Origin: a virus
Taxonomy: Duplodnaviria > Caudoviricetes
IMG/VR virus record: IMGVR_UViG_3300038552_000393
Location: 1-57,111 of that record
DNA length: 57,111 nt
Reading direction: 5' to 3' (one strand)
A program made the translations under genes and the position numbers. How positions within the stretch are numbered: the first letter of the stretch is position 1; the number at the start of each line of letters is the position of its first letter. Below, one piece after another: positions 36,933-46,084 of this stretch. Below the pieces are notes generated by a model that was not told where the DNA came from, searched no databases, and saw only the letters and a list, made by a program, of their open reading frames with translations.

Positions 36933-37129
36933 AGACCCTCTATTTCTGCCTGGCTGGCCAGGCCCAGGGTAACGAGGTCCTGGCCCGTGATAGACCGCTC
37001 CAATTTGGGCGCTCCGCTCTGTCCCTGGCCGACCAGGCTTTCGACGGCCATCTTCAGGTCCTGCAGGATTTGCCGCATTTCTCCGGCATTGGCCGGTATA
37101 CTGGATATCGCAAAATTATTCGTTGCCAT
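36929..37129 (-). CDS. Small tail-associated hypothetical protein
   Basis: 66-aa ORF coupled to the nozzle gene. Confidence 0.6.
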   Translation of the reverse strand: MATNNFAISSIPANAGEMRQILQDLKMAVESLVGQGQSGAPKLERSITGQDLVTLGLASQAEIEGL

Positions 37130-38987
37130 AACCCATCAACTCCTCGTATGAGCTGGCGACGCCGGCCAAAAGCACGGGCGCATAACCGGAAACCTCGATT
37201 TCCCAGCTCGTTGCCATATAGTCCGAAGGCAGCCCGAAATACTCGTCAACGCTATCCGTCTCGTAGGCGTGGCGTAAAACTCCGTCGGCATACAATTGAA
37301 AGACGACCCGGTTGCTGACTGAAAAACCGGACAGGCTATAAAGATCGTCTCCGCGCAGCGGACGGTCGCGAAGCCCGTCGTCGCGCAAGGCACCGCCGAT
37401 GTCGCCCGCAAAAATGTCCTCATTGAGCGCGGCAAGATTTACGAAGCTGTCGGCCATGGCATAAAACTCGCGGTCCAGCATAATCCGGCCACAGGCCAGG
37501 TTGGACAGGTGCGGGACGATATGCAGCCGGCCGCGCCAGGTGTAAAGCAGGTAACCCTGCGTATCCCCCTCCCAGCGATGTATGAAAACCGTCGTGCCAA
37601 GCGCCATGGCAAGATAAAGCGCTCCGTCAACCTTGCTTAAACATCCGGCCGTGGCCGCGACGGAAAGCGTGCCGCAAGAACGGCGCCGCAAATCGATGTA
37701 AAATCCACCCGCCGCATTGAATCCGAAATACAGGTCGCTGTAAAAAAAACCGTGCGAAGGGTTGAAATCCGACTGCCAGCGATCGCTATCGATAATCGGC
37801 AAAGCGTCGCCTTGAGCCAGCGTGATGATGCGCGCGCCGCCAGGGCCCACCTCGGCCAGGCCCAACGTGCTGCGGTAGTAGAGCGTGTCCTTCCATACGG
37901 CTGCCGTGCGCTTGCCGACACATGGCAGCATATCGCCGTAATCGAAAACCGCCATGGCCCATGGGCTTTGGCCATAGACACGGTAAGGGTTTCCGGCCGT
38001 GGCCACGTAAATCTCAGTACCAATGGACTTGATGGCCACGATGGCCCGAGAGAAATGCTTGCGGTAGGCTACGGGGTAGGCCCAGGGTTTGCCGGGATGG
38101 CTGATATACAGGGTGTTGCCGTAAAATCCGGCGGCAACTCCATTGGACAGCACAACCAGTCCGGAAAGCCCGTCTGGCGGCGGAAGATAGTCGGAATAGG
38201 CAAACACGCTGCCCAGGCTGGCATCGGGCACCTGTTCGCCAAGGATAAAATGAGCGGCGTTCCAAGCCCCTGTATGGGCCGTCGTACACTCGTATAGCTG
38301 AGAGCTATAGAACACAAAATCGCCCACGGCATAGCTGGCCGTGGAGCTGAATATCATCGCCTCGCATACTAATTGAAACTCGGCACCCGAGGAGGAAGAA
38401 TTTGTACGCCAGATCCTTATCCGGTCAATAGCTCGACTGGCGGGCGTGTTCAGGACAATGTTAAATCTTATCCGGCCGCTTGAATAATCGCTGATCGTGC
38501 CGATCGGACTTGCCGGCCCGCAATCCCCGTAACGGTTGAAAAAGTTGCAAAAATAGGCCCGGAAGGACGATCCGGCGGACCCCTCGCGGGAAATGACCGG
38601 AGTGTTGGTCGGGGCGGGAATTCCGCCTATGAGATAATCCACGGCAGGATCGAACCCGCCGCCGGAAATATTGTCGTTGGCAAAAAAGCGTAACTCTCCC
38701 TCGCCGGTGAACCACAGGCGCTCATAGGGGTCGTTATCCATGAAATTGCCGGCGGCGTCCACGTCATTGGCCGACGCCACCCAATGCGTGTTGCCGTTTT
38801 CCGTGTACTGGAAAATGGATAACGCACTGGACAGAGGCAGCGCCTGCACGGATAACGGCGCTCGGAAAGACTCCAGCCGGCCATTGTCCAACTTGCAATT
38901 GTGGCACACCTGGGCCTCGTTCTGGCCCAACAGATGCGAGGCAATGCCGGGCCGCGATCCTTGAAACGACGGGTGGATAATTTTCAT
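37116..38987 (-). CDS. Tail nozzle / stabilisation protein (beta-propeller type)
   Basis: 623 aa; LPPPDGLSGLVVLSNGVAAGF.GNTLYIS.P..P.AYP pattern; located after the adaptors. Confidence 0.65.
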   Translation of the reverse strand: MKIIHPSFQGSRPGIASHLLGQNEAQVCHNCKLDNGRLESFRAPLSVQALPLSSALSIFQYTENGNTHWVASANDVDAAGNFMDNDPYERLWFTGEGELRFFANDNISGGGFDPAVDYLIGGIPAPTNTPVISREGSAGSSFRAYFCNFFNRYGDCGPASPIGTISDYSSGRIRFNIVLNTPASRAIDRIRIWRTNSSSSGAEFQLVCEAMIFSSTASYAVGDFVFYSSQLYECTTAHTGAWNAAHFILGEQVPDASLGSVFAYSDYLPPPDGLSGLVVLSNGVAAGFYGNTLYISHPGKPWAYPVAYRKHFSRAIVAIKSIGTEIYVATAGNPYRVYGQSPWAMAVFDYGDMLPCVGKRTAAVWKDTLYYRSTLGLAEVGPGGARIITLAQGDALPIIDSDRWQSDFNPSHGFFYSDLYFGFNAAGGFYIDLRRRSCGTLSVAATAGCLSKVDGALYLAMALGTTVFIHRWEGDTQGYLLYTWRGRLHIVPHLSNLACGRIMLDREFYAMADSFVNLAALNEDIFAGDIGGALRDDGLRDRPLRGDDLYSLSGFSVSNRVVFQLYADGVLRHAYETDSVDEYFGLPSDYMATSWEIEVSGYAPVLLAGVASSYEELMGYGNE

Positions 38988-38988
38988 A

Positions 38989-39813
38989 TCAGTTTCTTCT
39001 TAAAAAAACGGCCCGGGCTTGGTTTCCGGTAAGATCTGTTTGTTGGCCGGCTAACCCTGTGAATTTCAGGTTAAGAATTCCTCCTGATGTAATTTTGATC
39101 AGGACCTTTTCGCGCAAAAAATGATTGGACGTGTTGGCGATTACATGATGATGTAGATGACCGCCCGATGGTTCCAGCATGGACTTTATGGCGGTAATTC
39201 CGGTATTGCCCAAGATTCTCAATCCCACGTAATTGACCCCTGCGATGAAGCAAGTCGCCTTTGTAATCGCCTCGATATCGATCAAATCTCCGGCGTTCAC
39301 AGTTCCGATGTTCATGGCAACCAAGATTGTTTCGGTCAATACAGCATTCTGATCGCTGCCCGAAAATGTCAGGATATCGCTATCCAGGCTGTCTCTCAGA
39401 TCCGTTATAGCACTTTCGGCCACATCGATTTCGGCCTGGGCCGTCGCAAGCCCGCTGGCAACCGTAGCCAGCGCGGCGGACGCTTCGCTGCCGATCGCCT
39501 CCAAGGCCGACTTGCTCAAACAAAAATGCAAGATATCGTTCTGCGCCCATTCCCTGGCAACATCGCCCGTATCGGCGGCCCGCTGGCCAAGCGTCAGGGT
39601 GTTGACCGAAACGCCGGTTACCTTCACCGTCTCACGATTGCCGGCATCGTTTTTAAAAACTCCGTAACAATAATCACCGGCGTTGATGTCAGGTATTTGC
39701 GCCAGTATTTTTGCCCCGTCTCCGGCCGTAATCGATACCGAAGACGCTCCGGCCGCAATCCCGCCAACATCGGTGATGCGCGTCTGGATGTCGTTGACAA
39801 ACTTGACGGGCAT
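38989..39813 (-). CDS. Tail fibre-like protein
   Basis: N-terminal ETVKVTG...LTLGQR fibre-attachment-like domain, then a coiled coil and a beta-rich, lower-GC C-terminal domain. Confidence 0.6.
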   Translation of the reverse strand: MPVKFVNDIQTRITDVGGIAAGASSVSITAGDGAKILAQIPDINAGDYCYGVFKNDAGNRETVKVTGVSVNTLTLGQRAADTGDVAREWAQNDILHFCLSKSALEAIGSEASAALATVASGLATAQAEIDVAESAITDLRDSLDSDILTFSGSDQNAVLTETILVAMNIGTVNAGDLIDIEAITKATCFIAGVNYVGLRILGNTGITAIKSMLEPSGGHLHHHVIANTSNHFLREKVLIKITSGGILNLKFTGLAGQQTDLTGNQARAVFLRRN

Positions 39814-39814
39814 G

Positions 39815-40480
39815 TTATCCCTCCGTTTTTTTAGGCATCAGCTCTTTTTTCAAAAGGTCCATGCGGCCCAATGCCGATACGAATTTGTTCCAATGCTTGA
39901 CCGAGCGCGCGGCGGCGTATGGATTGACGTACTCCTCGACCTCGCTGACGGCATACGCCATGTAATCCACCAGGGCATCGGAATACACATCGTCGATATT
40001 GATCGGCGAATCCGGATCACTCACGGGGACCGCGGCAGATCCGTAGACTTCCCGCACATATCCCATGCCGCTGGACGGTTGGGGCGGGTAGATGTAAAAA
40101 TTTCGCGGGTCTTCTTTTATATAAAGATAATAGCGCACTACCGGCGAAGGATCGGAAGTCTGCCAAAACGGGTTGCGCTTCGAAAATCCGTCAAAGTCCT
40201 CATACTGGATCGCGCGCCCGGGGGTTGCCCCGCCACCCATGTTGCAGGTCAAACGGACAAACGCCGTGCCGTCTGCGGGGATCGCTTGCAACGGGCCGGC
40301 AACCAACTGCACGACCGCGTTTTTTACCGATACGTCCGGCTTGAAGATGGCGGCCTGGCGTTGGCCTGCGTTCAGTAAGGCCAATAGCTCTAAATCGCTC
40401 CAGCGCTGACTGGCCGGGTTCTTGTCAAAAATAGGATCTCGGACGGCCGCGATCAGCTCGCTGGCCAGGATGGTCCCCAT
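39815..40480 (-). CDS. Head-tail adaptor-like protein
   Basis: RWSDLELLALLNAGQR...FYIYPP...ALVDY pattern of podovirus adaptor proteins. Confidence 0.7.
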   Translation of the reverse strand: MGTILASELIAAVRDPIFDKNPASQRWSDLELLALLNAGQRQAAIFKPDVSVKNAVVQLVAGPLQAIPADGTAFVRLTCNMGGGATPGRAIQYEDFDGFSKRNPFWQTSDPSPVVRYYLYIKEDPRNFYIYPPQPSSGMGYVREVYGSAAVPVSDPDSPINIDDVYSDALVDYMAYAVSEVEEYVNPYAAARSVKHWNKFVSALGRMDLLKKELMPKKTEG

Positions 40481-40483
40481 AGG

Positions 40484-41392
40484 TCAACACCCCTCGATGC
40501 GCCGGCGCGCCAGCTTGTAGCGCTCGGCTTTAAGGGCATCCATGAAGATCGTATGATGCCCCTGGTTGGCCCGGCCCGGCCGGGCCGACATCTGATGCAA
40601 AAATGCCGCCTCGTAGGCAATGGCGCGGCAGGCGACAAAATCCAGCCGCCAGGCGTCCAGCTCGGTGTACACCGGCGGCGGAGACGCGATATAGGGCACG
40701 CTGATCACCCCGCCGTCTTCGGCGCTGGGCGCGTCCAGATGGATTTGCTTTCGCGCCTGGGGCTGGATGATATAGCTATCGCCGCTGGCCCACGAGTTGA
40801 TGCCCTCCGGAAACAATGCGCAATTCAGCGTTTGCCCGTCCACATACCGGACAATCAGCCCCGAGCTTTCGCGGCTCAGGTTCAGCACCGTATCTCTGGC
40901 GGTCACGAATCCGGAAAACTCGGCGGCGGCATCGATCAGTTGCGCTTTGCCGTTTAAAACGGCACCGGCAGCACTGGTAAATCCGGAAATAGTGGCGCCG
41001 GAGGTGGCCTTGTCTACGATGGCAAATGCGCGAGGAGAGGTTTGCGGATCGCTAACGTTCAAGCGCCAGATCGTCTCGTAGGCCGTCAGTACGGGATATA
41101 CCGTCGAATTGCCGTCTGCCGAATCATGCCGGATCACATACCGCGGATTGGATTGATGCGCGCATTGCTGGCGCACATACAGTCCCAGAAAATCGGCCGG
41201 CAGGTCGTAGGCCTGCTGATTGGCCACGGTCGTAATCGTAGCCGTTGACCGGATGCTCTTGGTTTCGCGCACCCATATCTGGGCCGCCTCATCGAGGCGC
41301 GAGTAAATCGAAAACAGATCGACGGCGATCATGTCTTCCTGGGCCTCGTTGAGCGCCGACAGAAACATTTTTTTGAGCATCAACCCGTTCAT
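40484..41392 (-). CDS. Second adaptor-like virion protein
   Basis: ITTVANQQAYDLPADF...AIAYEAA; paralogous position to the adjacent adaptor. Confidence 0.6.
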   Translation of the reverse strand: MNGLMLKKMFLSALNEAQEDMIAVDLFSIYSRLDEAAQIWVRETKSIRSTATITTVANQQAYDLPADFLGLYVRQQCAHQSNPRYVIRHDSADGNSTVYPVLTAYETIWRLNVSDPQTSPRAFAIVDKATSGATISGFTSAAGAVLNGKAQLIDAAAEFSGFVTARDTVLNLSRESSGLIVRYVDGQTLNCALFPEGINSWASGDSYIIQPQARKQIHLDAPSAEDGGVISVPYIASPPPVYTELDAWRLDFVACRAIAYEAAFLHQMSARPGRANQGHHTIFMDALKAERYKLARRRIEGC

Positions 41393-41398
41393 CGGCGA

Positions 41399-41704
41399 CT
41401 ACACCCTTACCTTGCTGGCCTCGATGGCATCGTCCATGCTCTTGACCGGCTTGTTGGGGCCATCGACGACACAGGATGTCGGCTCGATTTCGATCGTTTT
41501 GCCGCTATCCCAATCGTACTCGGTCCTCTCCACCGAACGAATCTCAAGCACCTTGCCGTGCAGGGTCACGGACGCGGTCTGCCCCACCGCCGCCGTTTCA
41601 AATCCCTTGAAATCCAATTTGGCCCCCTTGGGGATGCGAATGCGAACCCGGGGCGATTCCTGTGGTTGTTTATCTTTGGCCGGTGCGGTTTGGAGTTTCG
41701 ACAT
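41399..41704 (-). CDS. Hypothetical structural-region protein
   Basis: 101-aa ORF with AGGAG RBS. Confidence 0.6.
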   Translation of the reverse strand: MSKLQTAPAKDKQPQESPRVRIRIPKGAKLDFKGFETAAVGQTASVTLHGKVLEIRSVERTEYDWDSGKTIEIEPTSCVVDGPNKPVKSMDDAIEASKVRV

Positions 41705-41716
41705 CGCATTCTCCTT

Positions 41717-42247
41717 TTACGGTTTGCAGATCCCGCAAGGCTTGTACCCGGCGGCGATCGCATCTTCGCGCGTTTTAAACGACACGGTGCAGTCCTTACA
41801 GTCATAATAGCGGCAACCCGGCTCATGAAACGTTTTACTTACCGTGTTGCCATGATAGACAACGGCCGGGACGGGAGGCTTGGCCGTCACGGTCCAGCCA
41901 TCGATCACATGCGCCCCCTGGGCCAGTTTCTGGCATACATTGACGGTGGGCACATCGGAGACATCCGGGGCAATATACTCGGCCTCGTTGGAATCTGCGC
42001 TCTCAAGTTTTCCACGATATGCCCGGGCCACGAAGTAATAATGCCCACCGACCGCAAGACCGCTGATATTAGCCGGTGGGGTTTTGATTTCGGCCGCCGG
42101 GTGGGCATAATCATATACTGCTCCGGCCGACCGCTGATAAATTCTCACCCCATCGACATCATTTATCGGGTCCCACGTCAGGCTGATACTGCCGGCCTGC
42201 GCAACCCCGGCCAAAACCAAAACAACCAGAGTGATCAATGACTTCAT
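41717..42247 (-). CDS. Secreted fibronectin type III protein with C-terminal Ada-type metal-binding domain
   Basis: Signal peptide ..VAQA|; LTWD..GVRIY..ISGL..YYFVARAY..ES..SNE; FHEPGCRYYDCKDC..AGYKPCGICKP. Confidence 0.8.
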   Translation of the reverse strand: MKSLITLVVLVLAGVAQAGSISLTWDPINDVDGVRIYQRSAGAVYDYAHPAAEIKTPPANISGLAVGGHYYFVARAYRGKLESADSNEAEYIAPDVSDVPTVNVCQKLAQGAHVIDGWTVTAKPPVPAVVYHGNTVSKTFHEPGCRYYDCKDCTVSFKTREDAIAAGYKPCGICKP

Positions 42248-42260
42248 TTTCGCCACCTCC

Positions 42261-43919
42261 CTATGGCTCCACACCAATAGCGTTTTTAGATGGTCCGATG
42301 CCGGTTGCCTTCACCCCGGCACGCTGCCCGGCCAACCGGAACCCACGTATGGTTGGCAAAACAGGGGGAATATTAACTGGAAGGCCATGCAGTTCGATCT
42401 CCCTGACCTCTGGCATGCCGGTGCTGCTGGTGAACTCAAACCGCACATAGCGGGCCTGCACCCCGGAAAGCGCCTGATCGAACCATTGCGTGCCGTCACA
42501 GCTCTGCGCGTCGACCGCCGTTATCCATGCGTCCCCGCTATGTTGCTTGTGACGCATCGTCCATGTCGTGCAGCGATAATAAGCTCCCTCCGCGTCGCCG
42601 AAGACACGGGCCATTGACAGATCATATAGCCCGGGCAGGCCGATTTCGTAGTTTAAGACGTTGCTGCTCATGGCCGTGCACTGAGACTCCACGCAGCCGT
42701 CGAATACTTTTGCCCAGTTAGCACCGGCCGCATGCATGGTAATGGTGTTGGCGTTGATCAGGTTTTGCGCGCCGCCTTGCATGTCATCCACTGTGAACTG
42801 ATGCACATATTCATCGCTCTCGTTACCGGACGTATCGCGGCACTTATAGTATGAGCGGTAGGTATTTCCGGGCGACAAACCGTTAATCGGCCAGGAATGT
42901 GAAAGCGTCCCGTCGCCACTGATCGGTGTCATGCTGGCCCACGGTACGGCGGCGGTCAACGCCCCCCGGCAGGACGCGACTTCATCAGTCCTGAACGATA
43001 CCAACTGAACGGCCGTGTTTGCTGGCAAAGCACCGGTAGGCGTGAACCCGCTTAATATCGGCGAGTCGGTATCGGACAATCCCCCCGATCGGGGCGCCAC
43101 CAGGCCATACGATCCTCCAACGGCCCCGCGCAACTCGTCGAAATAAAGCACATGCGTCTTCGTCGAAACACCGTAGATTCCCAATTTAAAATAGGGCCCC
43201 AGTCCATCGTAATGCGCGTTCGGGCCACTGGCAGTGTATTTTATCCCGTTAACCCACAATTCCGTAACAGCCGTGCCGTTATCCAGATAAACCGGGCGAT
43301 AGTGCAACACAAAGGTATTCCAATCGCCCTTAATAATTGGGAAATACGTATCTTTACTATTATTGTAATTAGTTGTACATCCTGAACCCGAATACACTGC
43401 CTGGCATAAAAGCGCGCTTCCGGTGATGTGCATTTTCATTTGCGGTGCGGCCGATGAACCTGCCCAAAATATCATTAAAGGCTGATGCATGGCGGAGGCT
43501 GGCGGACGCGGGCACTGGTCGCACGGATTCTTCCAATCCGTTACACCCTGTGAGTTATGGCTCACCGCATGAAATTGCCCCGATAGTGCATAGGCGGTCG
43601 GCAGCTCGAAATCGGACGGTACGTACATGGCCCAGCCATACCAATAATCCTGCCCGTAAACTAGATGCACGTCCGGAAGCGGCACGATTTCTACTCGCTG
43701 GTTGCCCTTGATACCTTTACCGATAAACGTGATTTTGTAACTTTTGTCGCCGTTATAACTTCTCTCCGATGATGGTGCGATCGTGCCGGCCGCGGGGAAT
43801 ACGGCCCATTTTGTCGTATCGATAGGGCTTTCGCAATCATCATAAAACATCAGCCCGGCCGAGCACGGCAAAACATAAATCCATACCACCCCCACTATGA
43901 TCCATAACCATTTCTTCAT
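42261..43919 (-). CDS. Secreted polysaccharide-lyase-like (jelly-roll) protein with FN3 and discoidin-like domains
   Basis: Signal peptide; QRVEI, YWYGWAMYVP, GQFH, PYFKLGIY, YFDELR; GLSPGNTY; ARYVRF..VREIELHG. Confidence 0.75.
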   Translation of the reverse strand: MKKWLWIIVGVVWIYVLPCSAGLMFYDDCESPIDTTKWAVFPAAGTIAPSSERSYNGDKSYKITFIGKGIKGNQRVEIVPLPDVHLVYGQDYWYGWAMYVPSDFELPTAYALSGQFHAVSHNSQGVTDWKNPCDQCPRPPASAMHQPLMIFWAGSSAAPQMKMHITGSALLCQAVYSGSGCTTNYNNSKDTYFPIIKGDWNTFVLHYRPVYLDNGTAVTELWVNGIKYTASGPNAHYDGLGPYFKLGIYGVSTKTHVLYFDELRGAVGGSYGLVAPRSGGLSDTDSPILSGFTPTGALPANTAVQLVSFRTDEVASCRGALTAAVPWASMTPISGDGTLSHSWPINGLSPGNTYRSYYKCRDTSGNESDEYVHQFTVDDMQGGAQNLINANTITMHAAGANWAKVFDGCVESQCTAMSSNVLNYEIGLPGLYDLSMARVFGDAEGAYYRCTTWTMRHKQHSGDAWITAVDAQSCDGTQWFDQALSGVQARYVRFEFTSSTGMPEVREIELHGLPVNIPPVLPTIRGFRLAGQRAGVKATGIGPSKNAIGVEP

Positions 43920-43923
43920 GATA

Positions 43924-44652
43924 TCACCATTCCACGGGCATGCTCGCCCCATTAGCCAACCGGATTTCATCAAAAATAAATGTCTCGGCGCTTGGCGCAG
44001 TGATCCTGCCATACACTAGCACCAGAAAGTCGCCGGGGATGATCGTGGCGGTTTCGATTGAGTAATCCCAGCCAGTAACGCTGTTCACAGCCACCTGAAT
44101 GGTCTCTGCCCCGGATGCAGCTAATTTGATATGAATGTACACATGCTGATAAACGCCGGTGCTAAGTGTCACGCCGGTATCGTAGGTGTTGGTACCGTCC
44201 GTAATGCGCAGTTGCTCAAGATTCGTCACGGACGCATATATCCACGACCCTCCGCCGGTGGCGTTTAGTTTCCAAATTTGGTGTACGGAGCCTGTTTCAC
44301 TGGCAAGATAGACCCAAAAATCGGCCCAGATCTCGGTCTGGGCCGCCGGCAGTGTTTTGGTCATGTATTCGACCGCATCCGTGGACATCGCCACACTGCC
44401 TTGTGCTACCGGGCTGCCAACGGCGGTTGGAGTCCCCGAAACCGAAGTCCAGTTGCCAAGATTCGACGGCGGGTTCCACGGCGACTCGAACCCATCCGTA
44501 AACATCCAGGCCGTGCCGCCGGAGTGTGAGATCCCTTCCACTGTCGGCGCGGCCTGACCCTCCACAGTGGGCGTGCCCAGCCCCTCGACGTCGGCCTGGC
44601 CCGAACCAGCCGCCAGCAACACGGCAATGATGACGGTCAAGAGCCGGATCAT
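43924..44652 (-). CDS. Secreted LamG/concanavalin-like protein
   Basis: MIRLLTVIIAVLLAAGSGQA|; FTDGFES N-terminal strand and FIFDEIRL C-terminal strand. Confidence 0.7.
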   Translation of the reverse strand: MIRLLTVIIAVLLAAGSGQADVEGLGTPTVEGQAAPTVEGISHSGGTAWMFTDGFESPWNPPSNLGNWTSVSGTPTAVGSPVAQGSVAMSTDAVEYMTKTLPAAQTEIWADFWVYLASETGSVHQIWKLNATGGGSWIYASVTNLEQLRITDGTNTYDTGVTLSTGVYQHVYIHIKLAASGAETIQVAVNSVTGWDYSIETATIIPGDFLVLVYGRITAPSAETFIFDEIRLANGASMPVEW

Positions 44653-45830
44653 GGCACCTCCACCAGTTGCAAAGATCCGAAATAAAACTCCACTTCGTCC
44701 TCGTCGATCAGGTCCCCGGCATGCACGATCTTGTCGCCGCTTCCGGACGGACGGGCCAACTGAATGCCGCCGGCCGTCGTGTCGCTGCAAAACACGCGCT
44801 TTCCCTCGTCCTGGGCGTTGGCGAACGTCCATGCATCGTTGCGAAGGACCCCGTGTCCGATGCCGGCCGTAAACGTATTTCCGGCGGCAAGCGGCCATGT
44901 CTCTACCCCGCTGACTTCGTGCGACACGGCCACGCCGCGCGGTGCGTAAGTCTCGTTATCCGTGGCCGCGCTGTCGGCCGAATATTTATAGGCCCTCGGA
45001 CCGTCGGTGTTGTATTTGAGATAAAATATTTGCCCACGACTGATCGCCTCGCCGGCCACGTACTCGGCAGTTGATCCCTGCCATAGAAAATCGCTGTCAG
45101 GAGTGGCGTCAAACAGGTAATTGACTGCCGCGCGAATGTGAGAAAGCAGCAGCGATGCGTCGCCTTGATCGATCTTCAAAAAGGCGCGCCAGGTGCCGGG
45201 CGTACCGGTGGCGACACAATACGCCCAGTAGGACCCGTCAAAACCCTGATCATGCATGCTGGCCGGATCGGCCGCGGACCCGGCCGAATAGCCGGCAAAA
45301 TATGCGCACTGACCTACCCACTCGTTGGCCGGCTCGGCCAGAAGCGCGGTTGCGTAGCCGAAATAGGTTTTTAAATACGAATATACGGCCCGCCAAACAA
45401 ACTGAGGCGCCCATTTGTAAGCGACAGCGTCACTCTCGTCATCGGCCTTGGCTTCGTCGGCCTCTGTGAGTATCGGCTCATAATTATCGGTGATTGTCGA
45501 AAGGCTCTCGATTACCGGATAAAGCGCGCTTTTTGATGCCGGACGCGGGTCGGTCTCCCAATCCAAACCATACGGCGTATCATCCGGCAATATACTTGAC
45601 GGAAGGTTGCCTTGATGGATATCGATCCCGATATCGCTTTCCAGAAGATTAAGAATACTGCCGACCGTGGACTTGTAATTGTCGAACTGGGCCGACGTTC
45701 CCAGGTTTGGCAGATAATCGTCGGTCGTCGGCGGCCTTGTCGGAAACTCGCTGACCCTGAGTCCCCATGCTGGCTGGCATGCAATCAAACAAGCACAGAT
45801 GGCAAAAAACAGACGCAATATCCGTTTCAC
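44649..45830 (-). CDS. Fibre-like protein with signal peptide
   Basis: Signal peptide followed by RVSEFPT...DYLP...YKSTV; C-terminal AGEAISRG...GVAV cement-like domain. Confidence 0.7.
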   Translation of the reverse strand: MKRILRLFFAICACLIACQPAWGLRVSEFPTRPPTTDDYLPNLGTSAQFDNYKSTVGSILNLLESDIGIDIHQGNLPSSILPDDTPYGLDWETDPRPASKSALYPVIESLSTITDNYEPILTEADEAKADDESDAVAYKWAPQFVWRAVYSYLKTYFGYATALLAEPANEWVGQCAYFAGYSAGSAADPASMHDQGFDGSYWAYCVATGTPGTWRAFLKIDQGDASLLLSHIRAAVNYLFDATPDSDFLWQGSTAEYVAGEAISRGQIFYLKYNTDGPRAYKYSADSAATDNETYAPRGVAVSHEVSGVETWPLAAGNTFTAGIGHGVLRNDAWTFANAQDEGKRVFCSDTTAGGIQLARPSGSGDKIVHAGDLIDEDEVEFYFGSLQLVEVP

Positions 45831-46084
45831 GACTCACCCTCCCAGTATCCCGATCCATCCTCCAACTCCCAATGCCCGGACCCGTCCTCCAATTCCCAGG
45901 CCCCGGCCGGAACGCGGCCGGAGGCACTCCTGCCACCAATCCCGAAGAGGACCGGGCGCTCTAGGACGCAAACCCCGCAGGCCGGGCAACGGTCGGTGTC
46001 AAGGTACATGCGGTCATCTTCGACATAGATGCCGCCGCACGCCGGACACCGCCGGATGCTCATATCGGCGATGGTTCCGCTCAA
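45827..46084 (-). CDS. Small protein with CPAC pairs and WELEDGSG repeats
   Basis: Two CPAC motifs; tail WELEDGSGHWELEDGSGYWE. Confidence 0.6.
   Translation of the reverse strand: MSGTIADMSIRRCPACGGIYVEDDRMYLDTDRCPACGVCVLERPVLFGIGGRSASGRVPAGAWELEDGSGHWELEDGSGYWEGES

Noticed and set aside
16409-45830. Diversity-generating retroelement acting on receptor-binding genes
   Set aside because: No reverse transcriptase and no template/variable repeat pair differing at adenines was seen.
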